From Antechinus flavipes (lineage: Eukaryota), in contig NC_067402.1 of assembly GCF_016432865.1 (NCBI RefSeq), forward strand, positions 292,206,001 to 292,270,000: a stretch of 64,000 bases of DNA, written 5' to 3'. Position 1 is the first letter of the stretch; each line of letters begins with the position of its first letter. Shown here in pieces: positions 40,089 through 63,556 of this stretch. Position numbers and translations under genes: made by a program. The notes under the pieces are model-generated. The model saw only the letters and a list, made by a program, of their open reading frames with translations. It was not told the origin of the DNA and did not search any database.

Positions 40089-40388
40089 GACTTAACTGCT
40101 GCTGGCGTTGCCAGCTGGGTCTCATCTCTCCTGTTTTGATTGTTCCAAATGCCGGGTGATTTTGGAGGGGGCTGTGGACAGCTGAGGGCCTGGAGCCGGA
40201 GCCAATAGGGTACGCCTGAGAGGCTGGGCGCCCCCCCCCCCAAATCAAGGCTGCCTGGCAGAGGGGCAGCCGCGGGGCTGGAGGTAGGGGAGCGGGAAGG
40301 CCTGGAGCTCTGAGGACCCTCCCCCCCTTAGGGTCCTAAGAGTCTGGGTGCCCTCCTCAGGCCTGCCGGGGGGAGGGGCCCCAGACTG

Positions 40389-40444
40389 CGACCTTTTCCC
40401 CAGATTGGACTATTTTTAGCTCGGGTGGCAGACCTCACGTGAGG
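40389..40444 (+). promoter_or_regulatory. CPT1B upstream module: DR1/PPRE-like element, MEF2 site and palindromic E-box
   Basis: CGACCTTTTCCCC at 40389-40401 (recalled human FARE-1 TGACCTTTTCCCT), CTATTTTTAG at 40410-40419 (MEF2 consensus), CCTCACGTGAGG at 40433-40444. Confidence 0.75.
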
Positions 40445-41460
40445 CACCCCCACCCCCGAGCCTCCCCGAGCACCTCCAGTCCAGGAGCCCGGGCCCACTT
40501 GACCGCCCCCGGAGGCGCGCGGCTGCAGCTTGAGGGGGAGGGGGGAGGCTGCGATCTCCGCCCAGTGGTTTTCTCGCCCCCAATTTGGGAGCAGGTATCG
40601 GATTCCCCGCGGGGTGTGGGGCGGGGCTGGAGACGGCCTGAAGGACGCGAGGGCACAGGCCAGAACTGCCAGGCCTCTTCCCGGAGTGGACCCCTGCCCC
40701 TAGGCCGAGCCGTGAGTACGGGGTAGCCCACGCGTCCGCGGAGGGGCTGGGGCGAGGGGGGGGAGGGCAACTTCTCCCCCCGCCCCTGTCTGGGGGGACG
40801 GGGCGGGGAATGCGCGGGGCCTCGGGCGGCCGCGGCGAGCGGAATCGGGGATCCCCCGACCCCTTCGGGATGCGCTCCCTGACGAACCCCACGCCGCTCG
40901 CGTCTCCCGCCCCCTCCGCTGGGCTTTCCCGTACCCCCCCCTTCGCCGGGTTCTATAAGTGGGGCGTCCTCCCCCCCACCCAAGTTCCCGGAGACTCCGC
41001 CCCGTCCGCCCACGTTCCGCCAGGTGATCGGACCTAGCTACATGCTGGCCGGGCTGTCCCATGTCCCTCCACAGCCCACGTGCCCCCGGGGGGTTCAGCG
41101 CCTCCCCAGCTGCTCCTGGTTCTGTGACGCCCCGCCCTGAAGCCTCACCCCGTGGAGCCACTAGGGTACCCACTGAGGTGGTCCCGCCCTCATGAGTGGG
41201 GGGGGCGTTGTGGTCCCGCCCTCTCGCGTGGGACCCGTGGAACGGCGCAAGCGAGGGGCTCGAGGCTCGGCGGCCGTTGGCGGCTCGGGGCTGGCCATGG
41301 GGCGGAGGGCGGCCGGCCGGGGCCGGGGCCAGGGCCGGGCCGGTCTCTGAGGGCGGCCCCACAGCCTCTGAGCCGAGCCCAGCGCAGCCCAGCCCAGGAA
41401 GCCCGGGCCGGCCGGCCGCGGGGGCCGGGATCGAGCTCCGTGGTGAGGGGTGAGATGGGG
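40445..41460 (+). promoter_or_regulatory. CPT1B CpG island with candidate non-coding first exon(s)
   Basis: CpG-dense. Candidate donors GTGAGT at 40712 and GTGAGG/GTGAGA at 41443/41450. Confidence 0.55.
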
Positions 41461-42236
41461 GCGGGGGAGGGGGAGGGTCTGGATCGGGGTGGGGACGGAT
41501 GTGCTCACCAGCTGGATTGGGGAGGGCTGGCGGAGGGGTCTCTGAGGCTCTGGAATGGGTCCTTGAAATCCTGGGTCCCGGAGGGGGGTCTGATACATCC
41601 TGGATCGGGGAAGGGTCGTCTTCGGGGAAAAGAGTCCCAAAGCTTTAAGATTGGAAGGGGGCGCTGGGGAAGAAGCCTGGCTGCCGTCCTGGGGTTACCT
41701 CAACATTGGGAAGAGTGCGAGCTTGCAGACCCGGACTCGTTTCAGTCTCCCAAAGGAAGGCTCATTGTGTGCTTGCTGTGAGCAGGGCTCGGTGCAGTCT
41801 TGGGACGCAGGGACAGGTATGTCAGGGGCCCTGCCTGCGGCCCAGGAAAAAGGCCCAGGACCCGTGGTGGAGGAACCGCGGAGGCCCAGGACGCCAGGGA
41901 AGGAAGTTGGGTCTTGAAAGGAGAGGTGCCAGCGGTGGGAAAATTCATTCCTGGCATTGGCCGCGAGCAGGAGGAAAGGCCAGGTGGCCTAAACCCTAGA
42001 GGAGGGAAGGGAGGTACGGGTGGGCTGCAGCCCATCTGAATGTCCCCAGGTTTTAGTGGAGCGCTGGGAGTCATTGAAGATTTCGGACAGAGAAGCGAGG
42101 GGTTGCAAAGATTGCTTTTGGAAGGGTAGAGAGCGCCTTTGGGATGCGAGGAGGGTCCCAACCAGGGCCGGGGAGGGGGCGGCAGCAGCAGGTGGCTGCC
42201 TTTGGGCTGGTGACTGCTTTGGAAAATAAGTCACAA

Positions 42237-42375
42237 GGGGGCATCTCGGGGGCACAGTGGATAGAGCCCCAGCCCTGAAGTCAGGAGGACCCGAGTGTCT
42301 GGCCAACACTTCCTACCTGTGGGACCCTGGGCAAGTCACTTAACCCCAGTTGCCTCAGGAAAAAAATAAAAAATA
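42237..42375 (+). mobile_element. WSINE1/MAR1-like SINE in the CPT1B 5' intron
   Basis: cagtggatagagccccagccctgaagtcaggaggacccgag...ggcaagtcacttaaccccagttgcctc followed by an A tail. Confidence 0.8.
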
Positions 42376-42844
42376 AGGAACTCCCAGGTGAGGAAACTCG
42401 CCCAGGGCAGGCTGGGATGGCTTGTCCAGGGCCCACAGCCAGCAGGTGTAGACCGGGAGGTCGGGAGCACAGGCCAGCTCCCTGCTCTGCCCGACCAAAG
42501 TGAGGGCTGGCAGTGGGCAGATGGGCGTGAAGCTCTCGAGGGTTGTCTTTGAGACGGGCAACGATAAGGGCTCGCAGACAGGGACCAGCGCGGGTCAGGG
42601 CCGGCCTCCGGGGGCCCTTTGTTTAAGGAACGGAGGATCCACCGAGGGGCGGAAGAGGCTAGGGGCGAGGCGCTTGCCACCCTCCTCGCACGCCCCGGGG
42701 GCTCCTGAGCAGCCCTCACTTGGCTCACCAGCCCTGTCTCTAGCCTCAGGTTAGCCCCAGCTTGCACGCTCCTCATTGCTGGCCCCTACCCCCGTAAGCT
42801 AGGCTTGGCTTCATGTCCCCCAAAGGCTGCAGCTGCCCCCCAAG

Positions 42845-53808
<10,964 letters not shown>

Positions 53809-54040
53809 GACTGGAGAAGGTGGCCAGCTGCCCTTCCCTTTGCCCCTGTCCCCAGTGGCAGGAAGGGAGGGGCCTGTGGCTGGCTCCCAGGGATAGGTGG
53901 GCAGCCGGAGCCCATGAGCACGCCTCGGAGAGCAAGGCCCCTCCATCCACCTGGCCAGACACTGTCCCCTGACAATAGAGGCGCAGGAAGCGGGGGTGAT
54001 GGGGGTGGGAACAGAATTTGTATTTTTTTCAGTAGATGTT

Positions 54041-54277
54041 AATAAAAATAAGACTCTTTGTGGAATTCTGTCCTAACCATTAGGTAACAAGACTTTGGTT
54101 TCTGTATAGTGTGTGAGCTGAGCACCTTGGGGGGCCAGCCCCCACGAGACAGAGTGGGATGGGGATGGTGGGGCTGAGATGAGATGATTCGAGGGGGCTC
54201 GTGGCCCATCCCTGGATTGGTCCCCAGGATTGAGTGTGTGCTGCGGTGCTCGTGCCCATGGTTACACTTTCAATAAA
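54041..54277 (+). terminator. Two candidate CPT1B poly(A) signals (AATAAA at 54041 and 54272)
   Basis: Both are canonical hexamers downstream of the stop at 53808. Confidence 0.65.
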
Positions 54278-55559
54278 CACTCATGTTACAGAACACTCAC
54301 CTGTCTTGTCTCCTTGTGTTCGTGCTCTGCCTGTCTCTCCTGCACCAAGGACATCCCTCCCCTGGCCTGGCCCCCCACATAGGACATTTGAGACTGCTCT
54401 TAGATTCTGAAAGATCTGGGGCCTCTGCTGGCCTGTGACTCCCATGAATAAAAGAACCTTGGAGGCAAAGGACGCTCTGTTCTGCTCATTCTTTCAAATC
54501 TCTTGAAGGACAGATGGGATCTTTCTGATCTGCGTAGGCATGGGCAAAGTGTCCCAAACTTGGCGTTAGCTGACTGTGTGGGATGAGAACCCGGCTGGGA
54601 CCCTGGGGCAGGGGTCCATAGGGAGGGAGGAAGAGACCCCAAAGTCTTGGGGCAGGAAAATCTGAATGAAGGTGAACTCGAGGGCGACCCACTCCGACTG
54701 GCCCAGTATGAGGTGTGTGTTCCCCTCAACTCCTAGAAAAGCCAGTTTCATGGTTTAAGGTTGGGGAGGGAATCGGAGAGAGGGAAAATGCAATTTGGAA
54801 ATCTGAGGGGGGGGGGGGCTGCAGGGAGAGAAGCTAGGTGGTAACCTGGAGGCAGGGAGATGCTGAGGAAGCAAAGAAAGCTCTGGGCTCGTAAGGGAAG
54901 GGCCCAGCGCAGAGGAGCTGGGACTCAGGAGGCGGCTGCAGCAGCTTGGAGGGACAGGGAGGGGAAGGAGCAAGAGGACCGCGTCCCACGCATTTATTAA
55001 GCACCACTGTGTACCAAGGAGAAAACTGAACAAGCCTAGTCCTGAAGGGGCTTAGGTCTGCAAGGACGGCTGAAGTCCCCCCAAGGAGGCCAAGTGTAGT
55101 AGAGGAGCCCGGGGCATGTCCCGGGAGGTACCCAAGACTTCCGGGGAGGGTCAGGCCAGCGGAAGGTCACCAATCCCCGTGTCTGACTCGGCAGGATTGC
55201 ACAGGGAGAGGGAGCCACACGCCACAATGGAGCTCCCACCTCGGGAAGCCCCGCGTCTGTAGGCTGATTGCCAGCACGTGCTCCCACTAGCTAGTTCTCC
55301 CCATCTCGTGTTCAGCCCGCCCAACTCCGCGGGGGTTTTCTGGAAGCTGGCTTGAGGTTTGCGCTTTCCTTATGAGGAAACGGAGGCAACAGGATTAAAT
55401 GGGCGGCCAGGTCGGGACTCCGGGCCCAGCGCGCTACACCCTTGGCCCCCGCTGCCCCCTCTCCGCCCCGTCTTACAGATGAGTAACGGGGCTCGGAGAG
55501 CCGACGGGACCTCCCGGGGCCCCCAGCACGGGGTCCGGCGCAAAACCAGCGCCCGCCAC

Positions 55560-56100
55560 CCCTGGCTGGCCCGAGGAGGAAGCAGAGGGAAGCGCGGGAG
55601 CCCCGGCCCCGGGCCCGTGGCTCCCAGGGGAACGCTGAGGAGAGAGGAGAAAGAGCAGCCTCCCGACTGGGGCCGCAAAGGGCTGTGGGCGCGCATGGGC
55701 AGAGGGCGGGGGGCGTGGTCATCGCCCGGGGCGAGGCCGGAGCAGGTGTGGGCGGGTTCCGGACCTCGGGCGTCCCGAGCATGGGTGCGCCTGCGCAAAG
55801 GACGAGGCTGGAAGCGCAGCGAGTACGCCTGCGCAAGGGGCGGGGCTAGGAGCAGCGACGGAGCAGGAGCGGATGCTCCTGCTCGAGGGGCGGGGCGGCG
55901 CGACTTCGGCGGGAGCCGGGCGGGTGGGGTGGGGCGGGGCTGGGCAGGGCGGGGCCGCCAGTAACGGCCGGGGCGGGGCCGCGGTGAGAAGAGTCCGGCG
56001 GGAGCCGCCCCATGAGCCCGCCCGGAGGCGGTGGTGAGAGGGGGAGCCGGGCCCGCTGGGGCGTGCCCCCCACCCCCAGGCCACGCCCTCTGAGCCCTCG
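55560..56100 (+). promoter_or_regulatory. SYCE3 CpG island promoter / non-coding exon 1
   Basis: CpG-dense. NRF1-like TGCGCCTGCGCA at 55786-55797, E2F-like GGCGGGAG at 55908 and 55997, MYB-like TAACGG at 55962, candidate donors GTGAGA at 55984 and 56034. Confidence 0.6.
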
Positions 56101-56119
56101 ACGGGCGTGACCTTTGACC

Positions 56120-56640
56120 CGTCCCCAGTCCCCCCCAGACGACCCCCAACGCTCTTCAGACTATCCAGGGCCTCTCCTCAGACTTCCTCTTCATCCCTCC
56201 CCGGACACCTCCAACCCCCACTAATGACCTGAGCCCCGCCCAGGCACACCCCAACGCTCCTCAGACCTTCCAGGACCCCTCCTCAGATCTCACCCCCAAG
56301 ACGCCCCCTCCCCCATAATAACCTGAGACCCCTCCAACGCTCCTAAGCTGCCCGGGACCCTTTCTCAGATTTCCTCTTGATGCCCCACCCCCATAATGAC
56401 CCGAGAACCCTCCCAGACACCTCCCAATGCTCCTCAGACTTCCTTTTCATCCCCCTAGGTGCCCCCACGCCATAATGACCTAAGGCCCTCAGACTGCCCG
56501 GGACCCCTCCTCAGATTTCCTTTTCACCCCCCCAGACACCCCCATCCTCATAATGACCTGAGACTCCTCAGACACCCTCCAACATTCTCAAACTGCCCAA
56601 GACCCCTCCTCAGATTTCCTCCTCACTCTCCCCAATGTCC
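56120..56640. repeat. C-rich degenerate tandem repeat, ~80-bp unit, in SYCE3 intron 1
   Basis: cataatgacc-type cores at ~56221, 56315, 56391, 56471 and 56547, interleaved with cctcctcagatttcc. Confidence 0.75.
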
Positions 56641-57052
56641 CCCCCAGAGAACCACTCCCCTCCTCCTCAAGCCCACACCCAAAGCCTTGTACCCCTCTTC
56701 AGTTACCTGCCCACAGAGAGCAGGCTTCCCTCCCCCCTATTTCTCCCCCCTGGTTCCCCCCACAAGGAATTGCTCCCCTCTTGCCCCACCCACCCCAGAT
56801 TCCCCAGACCCTCCTAGATGCCTCCCTCAAGGGCTGACTGTCCACCCCTCAGAGATCCCCAGGGCTTCCCTCAGACACCCCCTCCCTCACAGAGAGCTGC
56901 CCCCTAACTCCCTGAAGGTTCCCCTCCCAGCCCCCATCCTGTGACACGCACCCCCTGTCTTCCCTCACACTGACCAAACCAGGCCCGTCCTTCCAGTCCT
57001 GGGGGGGCCCTTCCTTAGACCCCCGAGTGAATGTTCCTGTCCCAACCCCCAG

Positions 57053-60000
57053 ATGGCTGAGTCCGATCCTGGGGACAGAAACTATGACAACATGCTGAAG
57101 ATGCTGTCGGACCTGAACAAGGACCTGGAGAAGCTGCTGGAGGAGATGGAGAAGATATCCGGTATGGGGGGGGGCAGCTCCGAGCTCCTCCTTTCCCTCC
57201 TCCCCCTCCCTCCCACTTCTGCCTGGGCTCACTCTCCCCCTTGGGGATCACTGACCGCTCTGGGTGGAATCACTTACTGGGTGTAGACGCACACTCAGCT
57301 TGAATCTTTTAGAGGAACCTGAGCCGGGGGCCCAGGGGAGCTTGGGCAGAGCAGGAACCAGCGGCAGTGGCAGCTGCTCTGGGGGCAGAGGGCACGAGGG
57401 ACGGGGTGGGCAAGGGCCCGGAGGAGAGGGCTGGGGCCGTGGGCATGGGGGCACCGCAGCAGAGGCGAGGAGGGAGAGCTGGCGAGAGCCAGGGAGCCCC
57501 GAGGGGCCCCGAGGTACTGAGTGCGGTTCTGCCGTGTTACATTTGGGAGCCGGGGGACAGGAGAAATGCCCCAGTGTGGGGTGATGAGGAGGGAGGGAGC
57601 CCCGGGGGACCACCCGGCACCCTGTGGGATGCCCAGGCTTGGGACCCGAGGTGGCACAGAGCCCAGAGTCGGGGAGACCCGAGTGCAAATGGAACCTCAG
57701 ACTTCCCAACAGCAGCTACCCGGGCAAGGCTCCCCCCCAGTTTGCCTCAGTTTCCTCCGTGGGGGAGGAAGCGAGCCGCTGCCGCCCGGGGGCCGCGCAC
57801 AAGTAGGTCACCCCTTGAGGACGGCCGTGCTCCCCTGACTCCATCCCCCAGCCCCCTTGGACAAAGAGATCCTCTCCATTCACCGGACTTCCTGACAACG
57901 GAGCTTTCTCCCCCTTCGGTCCCACCTCTGGAGCCGACCCCAGGACTGGCTGCAGACCTCTAGTCCTGGCCCCGGGCACAGCCCCCAGCCCCGGGCACAG
58001 CCCCCAGCCCAGCAAACGCCCCACAGGGGCTGGGGGAGAGCACAGACCCCTCCCGGGGGCCGCTGGGGCTCGGGCAGGACTCGCGTTTCTGAGTTCAGAC
58101 CCAGCCTCAGACCCTCCTAGCTGGATGACCCTGGGCAAGGTTCTGTAGCCAGCTCCTCCAGTGTCTTTGGCACGGGAACCGCCCCACTGGGCACTGTGCT
58201 AAGTGCTCCATGACTCTGTCCCTCACCACAACCCCAGAAGATAGGGGCGGGTATCACACCCACTTTACAGATGCGGAAACTGAGGCAATCAGTAGTGAGA
58301 TGACTTGCCCAGGGTCACCCAGCTAGGAGGTTACACCCTTGGCAGTAGCCTAGGTTGTAGTGCGTAAAAGCCGCAGGTGGAAGGTGGAGGGGCTGCAGGA
58401 GGAGGGGCATAGGAAGGGAGTGGGGGGGAAATACTCTGCTCTGTCCCCTGGGAAGGGGGGACAAAGCGAGGTCTCTAAGCAGCCTCCCCCAGATTCCTTC
58501 TGGCCCACGGGCCACCTTGGTTCTGCAAAGCTTGGTTGCTGTTTGGAGTCTGACCCACAGGGCTTCCCTGAGCTGGGGCCCACCCGGGAACTCTCCCTAG
58601 GGAGCTTTGGTCACTCATTTCCTTTCCAGCCAGACATCTTCAAAGGCTTGTGGGCCTGCGGGCCTGAAACTTCTTTCCTCCCTTCTCTCCAATTCCATCC
58701 CTCCGCAGTCGTGTCCTCTGCATGCTGCTGGCCACCCGTTCTCTCCTCCTAGATTAACCTTGGCTTTGCCGCCTTGCCTGCCTTCCCATTGGCTCGCCAG
58801 CTTCGCAGCTGCTCTTTTCCCTGACCTCTTAGTGGGAGGGCTTTCCAAGGACTGTCCTCGGTCCTCCTCTTCTTCCTCCTCACCATCCACCCTCCGAGGG
58901 TCTCATTGGCCTTCATAGTTTAAGCTGAATCTCCATCCTTGAATGTCTTCTCAGCTCCAGGCTTGGCGCTCCATCCAGAAACCCCCAGCTCCACCTCAGA
59001 TCATTATCTGGCTTCCCACTGGCACCTTGAATGTCCCAGTGGAGCCTGCTAATGCCCTCTCCTCCCACCTGTGCCGTTACCCACACTCCCACGTTCTTGA
59101 CTTAAGACTTGATTCTCCTGGCTATCCCACCATGAGAACAGAGGCAGGGATTTGGAGGGACATGTCAGACAGCAGGTGCTTAGAGAGGGATGGGGCCTGG
59201 GAGAGAGCCAGGGTTCTCCCCCAGGTGCTCTCCTTCCACCTCGGGCACTCTGCCCTCCGGAATCCATCCCTTTCTCTCTCCCCTTCCTGCTCCTAGCCAG
59301 GGCATTAGCACCTCTCTTCCCCGTTACATGTAGGGGCCGCTTCACTGGGCTGCCCGACTCCCAAAAAGACCTCCGAAGGCTTTCTAAACTCCTTTTGAGC
59401 CAGACCATCTGCCCTGGGGAGGAGTGAAAGGGGAGGAAAATACTCCAAAACACTTGCTTAGGTTGGGGAGGGCCAGGCCATTTTTTTTTCTTTTTTGTGT
59501 AGCCTATTAAAGTTTGGGAAAATCTTTTCTTGCAAGGTGGATCTGCTTTTCACCTCCATATAAAAGACACCACCTCCAGGAAACCCCGAAGCAGCCACAG
59601 GCTTTCCCACCTTAACTCATCTGGGAAATGAGGGGGACGGTTTCTAAACTAAAAATAATTTTCATGGAACATTGTGTGGGGTAGTGATCTGGGCTGGCAT
59701 TTTTATCAGACCAGACTCTGCACCGGGAACTGGGTATATCCCAGCTCCCTTTCTCATGGCCCCAAACATTTGGCGGTTCTGTGATCTCTTTAATGTAGTT
59801 TAGTGTTTGCTACAGTGGGGGAGATGCTATCCACCCACACCTCCTCCTCCTCTGGGACTAGCGTCCACATCCTGCCATAAATCTTCCAAAGGGTTCCTCC
59901 CAGAATTCCCGAGTTCTTGCTTCTAGACTCTGACATACCGGGGTTCCAGTAGCACCGTCCACCTGTGCCTAGGGGGTGCCTCAATCTCACTGCAGCTTGC

Positions 60001-62777
60001 TTTCTCTCATAAATCACTGGCAGCCGGCTAGGGAGGAGAAGGGGCAGTCCTCAGAGTGCCCGTCTCAGCCTGGAGCGAGTGCTTCTGTTTTGTCCCCTGC
60101 CTCACACCCTCCATGGTAGCAGCAAACAACTCTCCATCTTGGCCAAGTCTAAAAAGCTCACGTCTCATTCTAGATTCTGTGACAGGAGTCATCATAGCTC
60201 ATGATTGCGTTAGAGTCTAAAGGCTTTCAAAGTTTTTTCTCTATGTTCCTCTCCTTGTATCAATTGTTCTCTTACATTTGCTTTGTTCACTCTGACTCGA
60301 TTCATAGAAATCTTCCTAGTTTGCTTTGAAGTTGTCCATTTTCTTATTTCTTGTGGCACATTATACACTATCACATCATTTCAGAATTTGTTTAGCTGTT
60401 TCGCAGGACGAGCTCATCCCTTAGTTTCCAGTGAGGGACTATTATGAAAAGGGCTGCTATAATACTTTTGTTCACATCCATCTTCCTTAGCTCTTACTAG
60501 GCTAGACACCTAGTAATAATAATGCTGGGTCAGAAGATACGCAGAATTCAGTGATCTTGAAACAGTTCCAAATTTCTAGAATGGTTGGACCAATTCATAG
60601 ATTCACCAACAAAGCATATATGTCTTTTTCCTACAACCCTTCCAACATTTGTCATTTTCCTCCAATCTTTGTCAAACTAATGGGTGTGAAGCAGAATTGT
60701 TTTTTTAATTTGAATTTTTCTGTAAGTGATTTGGAACATTTTTTGGATGGCTAATCATAGCTTGACTTTCTTATCTTGAAAACTACCTGTTGATATCCAT
60801 GATCATTTTTTCTATTAAGGAATGGCTTTTAAGTTTCACCAAAAAAATTTTGAATAAGTCTCTTTCTTATATGTCTTAGAAATTATACTTTTTTTTTTTT
60901 TTTTTGCTGAGGCAGTTGAGGTTAAGTGACTTCCACAGCTAGGAAGTGCTAAGGGTCTGAGATCAGATTTGAACTCGGGTCCTCCTGATTTCAGGGCTGA
61001 TGCTCTACCCACTATGACATCTAGCTGCCCCAGAAATTATACTCTTATCAGAGAAACTTGCCACAGATGTTTAACTGGGAAAACCCTTCTAATTTTAATT
61101 ACATTAAATTTCTGCAAAAACTTCTTAAAATTTTATATCAGAATAATCCATTTTATCTGCTATAACCCTATCACTTATTTAGTCATGAATTCTTTGCCTC
61201 TCCATTTGATCCTAGAGAGAATTTCCTCCTTCTCCATTTTGCTTCTGATCTCACCTTATATGTCTTAAGTCCCGTATCCAGCTAGAGGTTATTTTGGGTG
61301 TCTCACTGCTAACACAGTTCTGGGCGGTTCACCCTAATTCTGACTCCAGGTCTCTGACGCAAACATTCCCGGCCTTCAGTTCTGCCCACTTAATTTCTGC
61401 CAAAAACTCCTCTGAAGTTTTCTTCATAAAGGCCCCTTTAGTAGTTTGCCTCTCTCCCTCCTCCCTCCCCAGCCTGTGGTCCTCCCATCTTTGAATGTAG
61501 CCACTTCAGGAGCTTTTCCCAAGCGGGACAGAGCTGGTTCCACCCCCCGCGCTTTGGGTCAGATTCAGCTGGCCCACAAGCAGACGGCCTGCGGGGCCCG
61601 TGTGTCCAAGTCAGTTGGTTGCTATTTACTGAGCAGCACTCTGGTGCTTGTGCATTATGCAGGTGAGCTCCCCCACCCCAGCAGTGATCACCCCCTCTCT
61701 GACCCATGGAGCGATAGGGGGTGATTGTCCTAGTCGGGCCTTTCCAGCCCTTCCTATGTAGAAGAGAAGAAGGGTCTGTAATTCCCTGTACATCCATGAG
61801 GAAGAACTGACATAGAGCAACAGGACCAATTATATCAGAGAAATGTAATAAGGATAAAATCGAAAAGGGATAAACGAGTCAATTTAGTCTATTCAAAATA
61901 GTTTCCTAAACCTGGCTTGTGGGGGGGTCATAACTGGACAGTATTTGGTATGGAAAAAGATCTGAGGAGCATAGTGAAGCAGAAGCTTATCTGAAGACTA
62001 TTATTGGGTGAAAATCATGGGGGGAGGGCACTTGGGCTCTAGCACAAAACCATAGAGAAATGAGAGGGGCAAGGGCCGCAGTCCTAGGAGAGGTGGCAGA
62101 GCCTTTGTCAGGGAGGGCAGGAGACGCAGCCAGCCAGATGCCTTCTGCGGGGCCCCACCCCCAGGGATGGCATGGCAGGTGGCATCTGTGCCCTAGCCAG
62201 TCACCCGCCAGCTGGCACATCGCCTCAACTTGCTGCTGAGCAATTGGTATCGATAGCACTTTCTGCAAAATGCCCCGTCCTCTCCCCACTTTGTAATTTC
62301 TGGCCCCTGGACATAGCCACTAGACCTGGAGCCAGCATGACTTGGATTCAAATCCTGCTTCAGATAGTTAATCATTCTGTGATTCTGGGCAGGTTGTTGA
62401 GTGCCTAAGTGTCTCCATCTGTAAAATGAGGGGCTCGAGCTGGATGGCCTCAAAGGCGGTCTCCGGCTCCATTTTGAGTTTGCCTCGTTCATTTTCCTGT
62501 TGCTGAAACGGCCTGGGCTCCTTCCCTGAGGCTCCCGGCTCTGCCCCCTCTGGGCAGCTGACTTGGAAGCCGGACCCCCGGGGCCGCCCCCTCCTAATAG
62601 CCCTGTCTGGTCATTGCAGTTCAGGCGACCTGGATGGCCTATGACATGGTGGTGATGCGCACCAACCCTGCCTTGGCGGACTCCATGCGGCGACTGGAAG
62701 ATGCCTTCTTGAACTGCAAGGAGGAGATGGAGAAGAACTGGCAAGAACTGCTTAACGAAACCAAGCCCAAGCAATAG
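57053..62777 (+). CDS. SYCE3: Synaptonemal complex central element protein 3, 88 aa
   Basis: Exons 57053-57161 (MAESDPGDRNYDNMLKMLSDLNKDLEKLLEEMEKIS) and 62620-62777 (VQATWMAYDMVVMRTNPALADSMRRLEDAFLNCKEEMEKNWQELL...TAG); 267 nt, phase-1 junction. Confidence 0.97.
60887..61031 (-). mobile_element. WSINE1/MAR1-like SINE in SYCE3 intron 2
   Basis: Reverse complement begins ggggcagctagatgtcatagtgggtagagcatcagccctgaaatcaggaggacccgagttcaaat and has a poly-A tail. Confidence 0.8.
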
Positions 62778-63014
62778 GCCATTCCCTCCAGGCCCCCTCC
62801 CTGCGCCTCCGGGACCCAGACACCTCGAGAGGAGAATTGGGCCCTAGTTGGCTGAGAAGTAGACACCCCAATATATAGATGTACATACATAAGTGCTCAC
62901 TGCCCAATGAAGGTATTTTCAAGCACACACCGGGCTCCGGCTCTCTTTTGCGCGTTTGTCGCCTGTCTAAGGCCACACACAGGACACGGATACTGGAGCT
63001 TTCAGCAGCCGGGA

Positions 63015-63020
63015 TTTATT
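63015..63020 (-). terminator. Candidate KLHDC7B poly(A) signal
   Basis: TTTATT on the plus strand (AATAAA on minus), ~540 nt beyond the stop. Confidence 0.6.
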
Positions 63021-63556
63021 TGTGCCGGGCCAGGCTTGGGAGGAGGACAGACAGACACAGGGGCAGAAAGGGCCTGGGGTGGGGGGAGCAGGTCCCTGCG
63101 TTCGGTGACTGTTCTGCAGCCCAGGCCCCCAGGCTCCCCTTTCAGATCCTTCATCCCTCGGGTTGTAAAGGGAGGCCAGAAGTGAAAACCAGACATGGGG
63201 AGGGGGAGACCCCACAGAGCTGACCACAAAGGGCAGCCCAAAGCGGGGATTCCCATGGAGACCCCGGGCCTGCCCTCCGGCTACAGGACGGCCTCCTCCC
63301 TGCCCTTATTCTGGGAGCCTCTTATCCAAGAAATTGAGGCTCTGGAGGAGCAGAGACGGCTTGTGTCATTAGACTCAGACCCGGCCGCCTTCCCCGGGTC
63401 CCCTGAGCGGCCCTGGCACCCGAGGCACCGAGGAGGAGACACCAGGTGGGGGCATTTCAGGATGCTTGGGGAGGAAGATTTCTAAGCACTCGGGGGGGGG
63501 GGGATCCCGGGTCCTCACGGGGCTCGCCACCCATGCAGCAGGATTTTCTATCGGGC

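Noticed and set aside
62193-62774. 193-aa antisense ORF over SYCE3 exon 3
   Set aside because: Shadow of the coding exon extended into SINE-derived intron sequence.
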